Origin: the human T2T-CHM13v2.0 reference genome, Homo sapiens
DNA length: 64,000 nt
Assembly: GCF_009914755.1 (NCBI RefSeq)
Contig: NC_060928.1
Strand: one strand, 5' to 3'
The notes below the pieces were generated by a model. The model was not told the DNA's origin. It made no database searches and was given only the letters and a program-made list of their open reading frames with translations. Each line of letters starts with the position of its first letter. Within the stretch, counting starts at the first letter, position 1. Below are positions 16,401 to 31,779 of the stretch, piece after piece. Position numbers and translations under genes: made by a program.

Positions 16401-16639
16401 AAGAGGCACAAATGATGCCTTGCATTAGACTCTAACATCTCCACAAAGGAGAAAATGGAATTCTCTGATTTCACCACTTACTAAACCTATAGACAAGGGG
16501 AAAAAACCTACCCCCACTCCCAAGTTGGCACAACCTCCTACTACAGACCTATTTTATTTCATTTCATCTCCTTCTCAAACTAGCTTTTATTTGGGAGGCG
16601 CGTCATGTCAAATACATACTTCTTTAAAAATCTATGATT

Positions 16640-18859
<2,220 letters not shown>

Positions 18860-19509
18860 TCCATTCTGATTTTCTTTTAAATTGGTGCCACATTAAAGAA
18901 TCAGCAACATTAAGTATATTATGCAGCACTGTGGCTCTTTATAGCTTAAGGAGAAAAAGTCCCACATTTCCAGTGCTTTCAATTTTTCACCTTCCCTTGT
19001 GAGATCCCATATTCTAAATTTCTTAAGTGCTCACTAAAGAGAGCCTGAATCTGAATCCCAGACCAAAAGACTGCTTAGAAATGCTTAATGAATTAGAAAG
19101 CATCATGAGTTTTTTTATCCAAAACTACAAGCTTGAAAAAGATAACTTAGATCACAGATCCAATCACATGGAGTTTCCTTAGAAACAGCAAACCATATTC
19201 CCTTGGAGAAAAGGGCTTAAAACCAGCAAAGGGTTGATTATAACTCCTCCTCTGTAGTCACGACTGAGTTGACCAACAGTGGCAACTTTATAAAAGGAAA
19301 TGAAGATGTAAACTGAGCACAGTGAGCCAGATTCTCCCTCAAGAATTTGAGCTGTAAGGCAGACTAAATAAAAAATATGATGACGGGTACAAGAATTGGA
19401 AGCAGCAGCATGTGGAATTGGGTCATGCAGCCATAATGGGCATGTGCTGATGAAACCATTTAGGTTTAGTAGGAGATATTGATAAACACTGATGAACATG
19501 CAGATTGGA

Positions 19510-19990
19510 CAAAAGTCCCAGCCTGCCTGCCACCGGCATCCAAGAACACTGTCCCAAGGGCCTAGGAGTTGACATGCCCTGCCTGTGGCTTCTGGCTCAC
19601 ATGTGGACCATCAGAGGACCTAACAACAGGACCAGAACACCTGCCACCTGCACTCAAGATTCCCCATCCACCACGGTCTGAACAGGCACACTATCTGGGG
19701 GCCTGAGAATAGGATTCCACTGCCTGGTGCCACCATCACCACCCACACAACCTACCAACTTCGGGACTGGCCTTGCTGGCCTGCTACTGCCACTGCTGCA
19801 AACCACACAAGCCACCTACCATATGACCCAGAAATCCCACTACTGGGGATTTAACCAAAGGAAAGGAAAGAAAAATCAGTATCTCAAAGGGATACCTGCA
19901 CTCCCATGTTTTTTGCAGCACTATTCACAATAGCAACAATATGGAATCAACCTAAGTGTCCATCAATGTATGTACGAATAAAGAAAATGT

Positions 19991-20030
<40 letters not shown>

Positions 20031-20508
20031 CAATGGAATATTATTTAGCCATAATAAAAAATGAAATCCTGTCGTTTGCAGCACCATGGATGGAACTTGT
20101 GGTCATTATGTTGTGTGAAATAGCCAGGCATAGAATAACAAATATTGCATGTATTCACTCATATGTGGGAACCAAAAGTTGATCTTATGGAAGTAGAGAG
20201 TAGGATGATAGTTACCAGAGGCTGGAAGGGTGTGTGGTTGGGAGGAAGGGATGAAGAGAAGTTGGTTAATGGGTACAAACATACTGTTAAGATAGAAAAG
20301 TAAGCTCTAGTGTTCGACAGCACAGTAGGGTGACTATAGTTAACAATATATAGTATATTTCAAAATATCTAGAAGATTTGAGATGTTACCAACATAAAAG
20401 TGTTCAATATAATAAATAACCTCACTTGATGTTTTCTATGCATGTATCAAAATATCACATGTGCCCTCTAAACATGTACAAATATTATGTAGCAGTTGAA
20501 AAAAAAAA
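19510..20508 (+). mobile_element. Old L1M: GC-rich 5'UTR-like segment (~19510-19815) abutting an L1MA-like 3' end (~19816-20508); (CA)n near 19996-20023
   Basis: taccatatgacccagaaatcccactactgg...gagaagttggttaatgggtacaaacatac...catgtatcaaaatatcacatgtgccc; 5' part call is weaker. Confidence 0.75.
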
Positions 20509-21057
20509 CACGTAGACTTAAAGGACAGAGGAAGCATCTTAACTTTTTGAATTTCCAGTTCTAGTTTCTGCATGACCTTGCTCTACTTTGTTTTCTATTC
20601 CTAAATGTATGCATTCTACTTTAAGTGGGCTTTTATTCCCTACAAGCAATAAATCTTTTTTTAAAAAATTGGATTATAACTGGCCCAAGTTACCAATTCA
20701 TATAAGGACAACTTGTGTACTAATTGAGAATGAAACTACTACAAAACTAGAGGTAGAAATATCCTTCACATAATTGGTGTTCCCCATTTTTAATGCACTA
20801 GGGAGTAAACAAAAGTCTAACCACATTTCCAATTTCTCCCTATCACCACTTCCAAGCGTTCCAGTGTTGTGAAACTTCTGGACCATATAAATCATATACT
20901 ATACATGTCTCTAAAGTGCCTGGATTAACAGTCATATTTAACTTTATTAGTTGAAGCTCTGGCACCTACTCCCGTGATTCCAACAAATCTTTTGAGAAAA
21001 AGTGAAGTCTTTTTTTTTTTTTAAATCATTCCATTCATTTTTTCAACCCTTAGAAAT

Positions 21058-21437
21058 CCTGCATGGTGGCTCATGCCTATAGTCCCAGCACTTTGGGAGG
21101 CCAAGGCAGGCAGATCGCTTGAGCCCAGGAGTTTGAGGCCAAGGCAGGCAGATCGCTTGAGCCCAGGAGTTTGAGGCCAAGGCAGGCAGATTGCTTGAGC
21201 CCAGGAGTTCAAGACCGGCCTGGGCAACATGGTGAAACCTCATCTTTACTAAAAATACAAAAAAATTAGCCAGGCAAGGTGGCATGTACCTGTAGTTCCA
21301 GCTACTTGTGAGGCTGAGGGAGAAGATCACCTGAGCTCAGGAAGCCGAGGCTGCAGTGAGCCATGATCACCACTGCACTACAGTCTGGGTGGCAGGAGTG
21401 AGACCCTGTCTCAAAAAGAAAGAAAAAAAGTAAAAGA
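21058..21437 (+). mobile_element. AluJ with internal 38-bp triplication
   Basis: gaggccaaggcaggcagatcgcttgagcccaggagttt x3 at 21097-21209. Confidence 0.93.
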
Positions 21438-22233
21438 AATCTCACAAAGATGCTCAATCTCTCAAAAATTACCAACTTCAACTTCTACTTTCATGGCCCA
21501 TATTGAGAAGACTGACATAAGAAATTTTGGGTACAATCAAGATGGAACATTATCAAGCTTGGGGAAGCACTGATTTCATGTTTCTTCTTTTCCCACCTGC
21601 TAACACACATACCTATGTTCGCTGTCTTTGCATCACGCCTCATTTGGCTGGTGAACCATTCCTACTCAAATGAACCCACCACTGTCTTGTTACTTGTCAT
21701 GTCCTCTTTTAGTTTTTCTTAGTAGGAGGCCCTGCTTGTTTTATTTCTTCTCTGTAAACATCTTGCGTTTTCCCCCTTGGTGTTTCTCCAGCCCACTTTT
21801 GTATCCTTATTTGTATCCTCAATGTGATCGACATCTTCCATATTCCATGATGTCCAGGAAAATGAACTAGACTGAGACTGAAGGCACATGTATCAATCCC
21901 AGCTCTGCCACCAGTTGTATGATCTTATCCCTTACTTTTCTCATCTGTACAATGATGAAGGGTTGAAACAGGTGATCTCCAAAAGCCTTCCTTCTTAATT
22001 TCTGTAACTTTATAACATTTCTTCCAAAAGGAAAAAGCTTTTTAAAATGTTTCTCCCATGACTATGTCTTATCTTTGTATCTCCAGTACTTCATACTGAA
22101 TATTCGGAGGATGCCTAATAAACATCTGTTAAATGAGCCTATCACCCCTGGCACTGATTTGTGGCATGAGCTTCGGTAATGTTACATTTCATTATCACCA
22201 GTGCAACAAAATGGAAAAATGTACATTCTCCAT

Positions 22234-22808
22234 AATTCCAGGTGGCAGAGGTGAGCAGAATAACCTGAAAAGAATATCCTCCGTAAAATAAGTCAAACTG
22301 ATGAACTCTACCATATTTTCAACAGGTCTGCAGATCATGGAAGGGTTTTGTGTCAGAGGCATGGGCATTTAGAAGGTGGCAGAGTCTAAAGGTGCAGGCA
22401 AATGTTGGAAGACTGTGATGTCATCTCTTCCTACAACCCTTCACATTTTCAATAACATTACCAAATTCACAAAATCATTGACTGGACTTTCATGGAAAAT
22501 GACATAGTGAACGTCTTCACGTTGGCTGGTGTAGGCTGGATTGTAATGGTATCAACATGCTAAGATTGACGATGATTAGAGGTGACCATAAGAAAATGGA
22601 ATTGGGAAGTCATAGAAGTTATGTGGTGAATTCACATACACAAAAAGTGGCATATTCAGCACTATTCACAATAACAAAGATAGGGGATCAACCCAAGTGT
22701 CCATCAATGAATGAATGAAGGAAATGTGTTATATATACACACAATGCAACACTACTCAGCCATAAAAAACGAATGAGTTGTCATTTGCAGCAACATGGAT
22801 GGAACTGG
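22234..22808 (+). repeat. Arm 1 (source) of ~575-bp inverted duplication
   Basis: Reverse complement aligns end to end with 26978-27553; its L1MA part continues naturally past 22808. Confidence 0.98.
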
Positions 22809-23170
22809 GGGTTATTAAGTGTAATAAGCCAGGCACAGAAAGACAGATTTCTCATTTTCTTACTCATATGGGAGCTTACAAACTTGATCCCATGGATGTA
22901 GAAAGTAGGGTAATAGATATCAGGGTCTGGGGAGGATATATGGGTGGGAGGGGTGATGAAGAGAGTTTGGTCAATGAGTACAACATACAATGAGATAGAA
23001 GGTGCAAGTTCTGACATTCCATCGCAGAGCAGGGTGACTAAAGTTAGCAACAACATACTGTATATTTCAGTCTCTAGAAGAGAGAACTTGAAATGTTTAC
23101 AACACAAATAAGTGATAGATATCCCAAATACCCTGACGTAATCATTGCGCATTCTATACATGCCACAAGA
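22657..23170 (+). mobile_element. L1MA 3' fragment
   Basis: cagcactattcacaata...tcatttgcagcaacatggatggaactgg...gcagggtgactaaagttagcaacaa. Confidence 0.85.
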
Positions 23171-23453
23171 AAACCTAGCATATTGAGAATTTGAGCCCAA
23201 GTCACCTAAACCTTCAAGAAACTGAAATCCCAAGTGACATCTAGGTTACATGTCTCATTCCTTGCCAACAACTAGGGCCACAAATGCATAACTGGACTAT
23301 TATAAATGTGATAAAATAAAAGAAATTAATATATCAAAGTTACATGGAAATGGTAGGATGCTATAATTAGGCCAACACCAATTATAATGGAAATACTTCC
23401 TTTGAATAAGGCAGGATGTTTAGTGATACAGCTCATAAAAAAACAAGCCTTTG

Positions 23454-23775
<322 letters not shown>

Positions 23776-24054
23776 CTAACTAAAAAAAAAAATTTGCCTT
23801 AACAGGATGTGCAAGACTGCCTTTGCTTTTATACCTACTCCAAAGTACTAACTATGATTAAAAAAGAAATTATCTCTGGATCTCATAACAATCCTAACAG
23901 TAGCTGAAATGTGACAAACCAGAAAGGTAAAGAAAAATGGAGTTATACTGAGGTTAGCTTCAAGAGGCACTTCCTTTTTTCCCTAAAATGAAAACTTTAT
24001 TTTTTTTTTGCTTGACCATAAAAGACACATATGTTTACTGTAGAAAGTCAATAT

Positions 24055-24680
<626 letters not shown>

Positions 24681-24914
24681 CTTCCCATAAACATTTCAGA
24701 TATTTAAATTCATGTCAATATAGACCTACATGATCATTTTAATGGTTTCCTAATATTCTCTTGTATGGATATACCATCATTTAAAAAGACACATGTATTT
24801 CTAAATTTTAATATTCTAAATAATGCTGCAATGCAAATATATTTATGCCTATGTGCACTTACGTTTGTACCCTATTCTAATAATTTCCTTGTAGCATATT
24901 CCAGGTAAAGAGTC

Positions 24915-25092
24915 ACCTTGTCCCTTTGGGCTTAGGAAATTGGCCTAAGAAGATGTTGCTATTCTGGCTATTGCTGTTGTTGTGAGTAATAAAGTTTTTG
25001 TCTCTGGCCCAGGCATCCATGAAACTGTTATGGCCTAACCTGTTGGCTGTGCCAGGAATGTAAAAATCTCAGGTGCTTTCCAGCTCTTGACA
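24915..25092 (+). mobile_element. Old ERV LTR 3' portion (family not determined)
   Basis: gtgagtaataaagtttttgtctctg polyA region and terminal ...ctcttgaca. Confidence 0.5.
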
Positions 25093-26272
25093 TACATTTT
25101 AAAATCCAACAATTTATTACAGTGTCCTTTATCCTTTGCAGATAAGGGATTATCTACCTCCTCCCTTATTAGGCTGATTGCTTAGGAAAAAAAAATCAAT
25201 AGAATCTTGTTGTATTTACAACTTTTTGTTTTTTGGCCATTCCTATAGCTTTTTTTGTAAACATCGATTTTTCTATTGTGTATTTTCTGTACAAAATTTA
25301 ACATTTTTTTCTATATTAGAAATACTGGCATTTTGTCTGCTAGATATTGACTTTTTTTCAACCTAAGTATGTGTTTTATTTTTCTAAAGTCAAATATAAA
25401 AATATTTTGCTTTGTGAGATTTTTGTCTCGATGTCATGTCTTCTCCCCTTTAAAATGAGTGCATAGTGACATATCTTTGCAGATATTCAGGTGGGCCATC
25501 AATTGGCAGGAAGAGTACACCTGCACCCCCCTCTTCCTAATTGAGTTATCCAATTTGGTTGACGTAAGGTAGCTGAGCAAACGTTTCATACCTCAGTGTA
25601 GCTTTCTTTGCCTACACCTCAATATGCCAGTGGCAGGGGCTTGTGGCCCAGCAACACTATCCTGTCCACTCTGGGGCTTCCCTGTGCTACACCACAACCC
25701 TTTATACTTGGAACTTACATCCCAATTCCAAAAGGCTTATACAAACAGTTGCTGAACTTAAAATCCCACTTCTGTTTATCAAGACCTGGCTCTCCTGAAC
25801 CAAATTCAGTCTGCCCATGTCTTCACCCCTTTTACTCCTCTTTTGCAGACTTCAAGCTATTATCATACTTTACTTGTCCAAAAAATTTTAGAGTCATTTC
25901 GCAAATATTCCCTCATCTCACTCCCAAGCTCAATACCAGTAGAATCTTCAATGGGATTGCATTAAATATGCCATTTAATTTGAAAAGCATTGATGCCTGA
26001 ATCCACAGCATATTCCCATACATTCTTGCAAGAATCTTTTCATAGCCCTCATATGTCTTTTTCATATTATCCTACATGTTTATTGGTAAGTTTCATCTGT
26101 ATTTTTTATTGTTATTTATTTTTTCCTACTGTATAACCAGTTAGTATATGTAAAAACCATTGACTTTAATATCTTATAGCCAGCCATTTAACTTAATTTT
26201 ATTGGCACTAATAGTTTTCCAGGTGATTATTTGCAAATAATAGATAGCTGTAGTCCATTTCTGTAGTGGCAT

Positions 26273-26450
26273 TTAGGGTAGCCAGATGAAATAGGACCAA
26301 AAATTGTTTGCTCAGGTAAACTGATAAGTTTTTAGTATGAGTTTTTTCTATGCAATACTTTAGAGTACTATTACTAAAAAATTGTTGTTCATCTGAAACT
26401 CAAGTTTAACTAAGTGCCTTGTATTTTTATTTGGTAAATCTGGCAAGTTT
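26273..26450. mobile_element. MER53 palindromic hAT MITE
   Basis: tagggtagccagatgaaatagga...ctcaagtttaactaagtgccttgtatttttatttggtaaatctggcaa. Confidence 0.8.
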
Positions 26451-26734
26451 GGTTGTGGTGCTAGCACTACAAGAATTGTGCCAAATAATGATGATAGCAT
26501 TGCCGTACTATTTCTGTTTTACTAGAAATGACTCTACAGTGTTTCTCTGTCAAGTATGTTAATAGCTCCTAATTTTAGTTATAAGTTCAACAGGACCAGA
26601 GACCACTCACAAGTTTGTAAGCACAGTCCCAGCACCATGCCCGATATACAGTATATGTTTAAAAGATATTGACTGGATAAGTGATAAATATGCTTTACCA
26701 TGTTAGCAAAGTTTAAGAAAGAAATTGTATAGTT

Positions 26735-27603
26735 GGCTGGGCACGGTGGCTCACGCCTGTAATCCCAGCACTTTGGGAGGCCGAGGTGGGTGGACCACGA
26801 GGTCAGGAATTTGATACCAGCCTGACCAATATGGTGAAACCCCGTCTCTACTAAAAATACAGAAATTAGCTGGGCATGGTGGTGCGCACCTGTAGTCCCA
26901 GCTACTCGGAAGGCTGGGGCAGCAGAATCGCTTGAACCTGGGAGGCAGAGGTTGCAGTGAGCTGAGATGGCACCACTCCAGTTCCATCCATGTTGCTGCA
27001 AATGACACCTCATTCATTTTTTATGGCTGAGTAGTGTTACATTGTGTGTATAACACATTTCCTTCATCCATTCATCTATTGATGGACACTTGGGTTGATC
27101 CCCTATCTTTGTTATTGTGAATAGTGCTGAATATGCCACTTTTTGTGTATGTGAATTCACCACATAACTTCTATGACTTCCCAATTCCATTTTCTTATGG
27201 TCACCTCTAATCATCGTCAATCTTAGCATGTTGATACCATTACAATCCAGCCTACACCAGCCAACGTGAAGACGTTCACTATGTCATTTTCCATGAAAGT
27301 CCAGTCAATGATTTTGTGAATTTGGTAATGTTATTGAAAATGTGAAGGGTTGTAGGAAGAGATGACATCACAGTCTTCCAACATTTGCCTGCACCTTTAG
27401 ACTCTGCCACCTTCTAAATGCCCATGCCTCTGACACAAAACCTTTCCATGATCTGCAGACCCATTGAAAATGTGGTAGAGTTCTGTCAGTTTGAATTCTT
27501 TTATGGAGGATATTCTTTTCAGGTTATTCTGCTCACCTCTGCCACCTGGAATTGCACTCCAGCCTGGGCGACAGAGCAAGCCTCCATCTAAAAAAAAAAA
27601 AAT
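26735..27603 (+). mobile_element. AluS (Sg/Sc-like) split by a 576-bp insertion in its right arm
   Basis: Alu 26735-26981 resumes at ~27551 (attgcactccagcctgggcgacagag) with A tail; TSD aaattgtatag flanks the whole unit. Confidence 0.95.
26978..27553 (-). repeat. Arm 2 (derived copy) of ~575-bp inverted duplication
   Basis: Reverse complement of 22234-22808; 27078-27442 identical to 22344-22708. Confidence 0.98.
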
Positions 27604-27724
27604 AAATTGTATAGCTTACATTGTATTGTTTTGTGAAACTATATAGAAATGTGTAGCTCAAGTGGCAAGTAAGATAAGAATGCATAAGCAGATATGAAAT
27701 AACCGTATAAGAAGTTAATAGCAA

Positions 27725-27950
27725 CTAAGAGTTTAGATTCAGAGCCATACTGCCTAGGTTCACATCTTACCTCCATTTTACTGACTTGCCTGATTGTGGG
27801 CAAGTTTCCTGAGTCCTAGTTTGCACATCTGTGAAACAAGAAGAATGACAGTATCTACCTCATAGGGTTATTATAAGAATTAACTGGGAAAATTCATGGT
27901 AAATAATCAGCACAGTACCCGGCATGGAGCATTTTCATAAGTGATATCTA
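27725..27950 (+). mobile_element. MIR SINE
   Basis: cctagtttgcacatctgtgaaacaagaagaatgacagtatctacctcatagggttattataagaattaa. Confidence 0.8.
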
Positions 27951-28145
27951 TTAGAAATTATATCTACTATTGAACATTCAGCAAGGACTAAGTACTGTTC
28001 TACATATTTTACTTATACTATCTCATTCAAAATAATATCACTCTTCACTTTTGTTTGCCCTGTTTCAGAGAATGACACTAAGAAAATAGCTGAACTTTTT
28101 CAGAAGTGTTTAAATTGGTAATACAAAACTCTCAAAAAATAAGCC

Positions 28146-28940
28146 AGTGATGCTTAAATTGTAACCCTGGGACCAGCGGCCTCAGCATTACCAGACATTG
28201 ATTTTCTATTGCTGCTGTAACAAATGACCACAAATTAAGTAAGACTTAACATAACACAAATTTGTTACCTCACAGTTTTTGTAGATCAGAAGTCTGAACC
28301 CAGCTTGGTTTTCTGCTTAGTGTTTTTACAAGGCCAAAATCAAGGTTTCAGCAGAGCTGCACTGCTTTCCAGAAGCTCTGGGGATGAATCCACTTTGGAT
28401 CATTCAGGGTATCAGAAGCCAGTTCCATATAGGACCAAGGTCCCTGTTTCTTTGAGCCATTGGGGGTCATTCTCAGTTTCTAGGGGCCAACCACATTCCT
28501 TGGCTCACAGCTCCTTCCTCCCTCTTCAAAGCTAGCAAGGACAGACTGAATGTTTCTCATGCCCCAAATGGCTCCGACCTCTCCTTCCACCTCGCCTCTC
28601 CTGTTTGCCTCGTCTGCTTTCAAGGGCTCATTGGATTACACTGGCAATCTGGGCTAATCTCCCTATTTTATGGTCAGTTGATTAGTAACATTGATTCCCT
28701 CTGCAAAGTCCCTCCACAGCAGCATCTAGATTGCTGCTTAAATAACCAGGGGATGGGATTCCTTGGTGAGGCATCTTTAGAATTGTTCCTTTCACACCTG
28801 AGAATTTTTGGAAATTCAAATTCTCTTGCCCCATCCCAGACTTGCTGAATCAGGAACTCCAGAGGAAGGCCCAAAAACCTGTGTTTTAATGTAATTCAGC
28901 TGAGTCTGATTCGTGCACACCACAGTTTGAGAACCATTGA
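28146..28940. mobile_element. MER5A hAT-Charlie element split by an MLT1 LTR
   Basis: ggaccagcggcctcagcattacc | cctgagaa...cccatcccagacttgctgaatcaggaactc...gtttgagaaccattg. Confidence 0.75.
28196..28796 (-). mobile_element. MLT1 (E-like) MaLR LTR
   Basis: ttttctattgctgctgtaacaaatgaccacaaatt...cattccttggctca...ttggattacactgg. Confidence 0.8.
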
Positions 28941-31719
28941 AATAGTGGACGGGTTGGGGCATGCCGTTTGATTTCAAAACTTAAAGCTAAGCCAAGGATA
29001 TCTGTTCTTAATTTTAAAGGAAATCTCTGAGAGGAACTCACTTTAATAAATTATTTTATAATACATGACTATATTAATTACATTATATTAACCATTACTG
29101 ATTTGTTTTATTCAGTGGTGATAGATTTCAGTTTAATTTTTAACTGATGCCAATGAAAATTTTGCTTCCTCAAAGAAAAAACGTTTTTTATATCTACCTT
29201 CTGGAAAAAGAGGCTAATTTAAGGGGAAAGTTTTGCAATCATGGAGGAGAACATGTAATTAAGAGCACCTGAGAAAATCCATAAAACAGCCTAGACACTC
29301 CTTCAATCCTGGTTAGTTAGAGGTAGCCGAGAAGGATTTTCCAGGTGCCACTCATCTCTTATCATTCACCTCCTTGCGTAGCTTTTTTGCGTCGCGTTTT
29401 TTGACTTTCAACACTCACATGAGAGTCGACTGATACAGAAGAAAGGGACTACAAGGGACCAAAGAGGACAGAAGACAAAACTGGCTCTAGAAAACAAGTC
29501 TTTAGAGTTAGTTGCTAAACTGGCCAGCTTGTGTACACATAGTTTGCAAATGAAGGCTAGCGAGGAATAATTTCCTGACTAAATTATTTTAAACACAACT
29601 TTTAATGCTACGTAACTATACTACATGCTTTAGAGATGTTTTAAAATGAAAGAAGAATAAAGTGGCATAAGACCTCTTTGCAAATGAAATGGCAAAAGAT
29701 TGACATAGCTGCTCTAGCCCATAATGTCATATACCTACCCAACTTGTAATGAACCATCTTCAAATACATTGCCTATTGTTTTTAAAATTGGGGGATGTGC
29801 AATCACAGCTACACAGTAAACCTGACATATGAATCTGATAATTTTTTAAGTTCATTTTATACTCCTTGAAAAATCTATCAAAACCTCAGAGGGCTATGGG
29901 CATATGATTGATTCTTTTATCATATCTCCCTCCTTGGGATCCAGATTCTAGATCAAGCTCAAAAGCCATCACAATGCTAGCCTTCTAAGTCCACAAATTT
30001 AATTGAACTAGCCTATGTTTTGTTAGTTTTTAAACATTTTCTTAGAAGGATTAGACTACGAAAACTGTTTAAAAATATGATAAAGGAGAGGGCTCCCTTC
30101 AATGTGTTTTAAAATATATCTCCACTTAAGCAACCTCACTGTTAAACTTGTCACTTGAGGGGGAGATTAGTTTAGAATAAGACAAAATGGTCTTTCTTGC
30201 TAACCTTTTCTTCTCCCTTGTGTATTTCTGAGCGGAAACTGTTACAATTCTATTTCAAGCTTAAAAAAAAAATGTCTTACAAAGGCTCACCCTCAGCCCC
30301 TTGGCATTAGACCTGGTTTATCACTTTCCCCTGCAGACATTCACACAAGAGTATTAATGTGGCATGTCAGTAAATTGAGACTCTCAGAGTTAAGGGTTAA
30401 TCAAAATAATTTAGGTGATAGCAGTTAACTCTCCGGAGAATCTGAGACCTGAGGCCTCATCAGAAGCTGGCTGCACAGGAGATGGAAAAAAATGTAAAAG
30501 CCAGGGCTCTTTCAGTAGAAATCTCCAGGTCTCAGCTGGCACACAGGCTCAATTATCGGCTTTTAGCTTGGTGAAAAGTCAAGCATCCCCAGGACCCTGC
30601 TGCTCCAGGCATTTTATTGGCTCATTAAATATAGGATTTTGTTTTTCAGCCCCAGCCAAACGTGATATGCTATCCAAACAGAAAGTATGATGAGAGCTGG
30701 AATAGCTAACACATGCGCTTCCTTTACCCCTTCTCTGCGCTTCTCTCATCCCACCCCGCCCCCTATGCACTTTATTACAAGCACAAAATTCCTACAGAAA
30801 GAAACAGTGAGAGGCTTCACTGCAGAGACTGTTCGTAAGAACTCCGACCTCATTCAGTTACTCGAAAGTATGTTCTCAGCATGTGTGTTAGATTAATTCA
30901 ACTAGAAATGTTTTTGCCCCAAAGAGCTCACAAAGTAGAAGATGACAATGAAGAAATGAGACCCAGAAGACTTTAATACTAGATAAACATCAGTTAATCA
31001 TGCTAAAATGTTCCAAAGTCAGAAGCCATCAATGAGCATGAGAAATCTTTGGAAAACTGCTTAATAAGATCAGGAAAAGTGGAGAGGAGTTTTTGCTTCC
31101 ATTACTCATTGAAATGAAGAATAACTTATCCCCTAGATTGACCTCCTATGTAAAAAATATTCAGATTATTTTGGAATAGGGACCTGTTCTACACATGCAT
31201 AGGAACTGACTTTTAATGGTTAAAATAAGTCCAATACAGTGGAAGTGGAGAAGACAATTTCTGGATACAATCCAGCAGACCCCAGAGCTTCCTGCTACTC
31301 TGAACAAACAGACACATTACTTTTTTCTCTTTTAGAAGTAAGCAGTTTACAAGAACTGCAGAGATATATCTTGAAACAATCTGCCACACCATTTGCCACA
31401 CACATAATCCTCCTAGATTAATTTTTAAAAAATGAATGTTGATATAACCAATATGAGTGACATGGTAGTAAAATAAAATGCATTCATGTGTGGCTGCTGA
31501 CATCCTAAAGTAATAACACCCCTAAAAGATAAAACCCTAAGAGCAACCCGAAAATATGTGTTATAAACCAAAAATATGTTTATACCTTTTGACTGAGGAA
31601 TGCCAGCTTGAGGATTTATCCCAAAATAAATAAATGAATAGAAGAAAAAGTCACATACTTAATTTATGTAAAAAAAAAAAAAAGTATTGGGCTCTATATT
31701 GGCCCTATGCAAAATACTT

Positions 31720-31779
31720 ATTTAGCAAAGAGACAAATAAGGAATTGAAGACAATTTCTTATTTGTCTCTTTGCTAAAT
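31720..31779. repeat. Near-perfect inverted repeat, 28-bp arms, 4-nt loop
   Basis: atttagcaaagagacaaataaggaattg-aaga-caatttcttatttgtctctttgctaaat (1 mismatch). Confidence 0.97.

Noticed and set aside
26273-26450. Imperfect palindrome as a novel hairpin RNA
   Set aside because: Explained by the known palindromic MITE MER53.
29419-29486. Specific minus-strand exon call (donor CAT|gtgagt with several possible acceptors)
   Set aside because: Acceptor ambiguous and no independent support; only the region is flagged.
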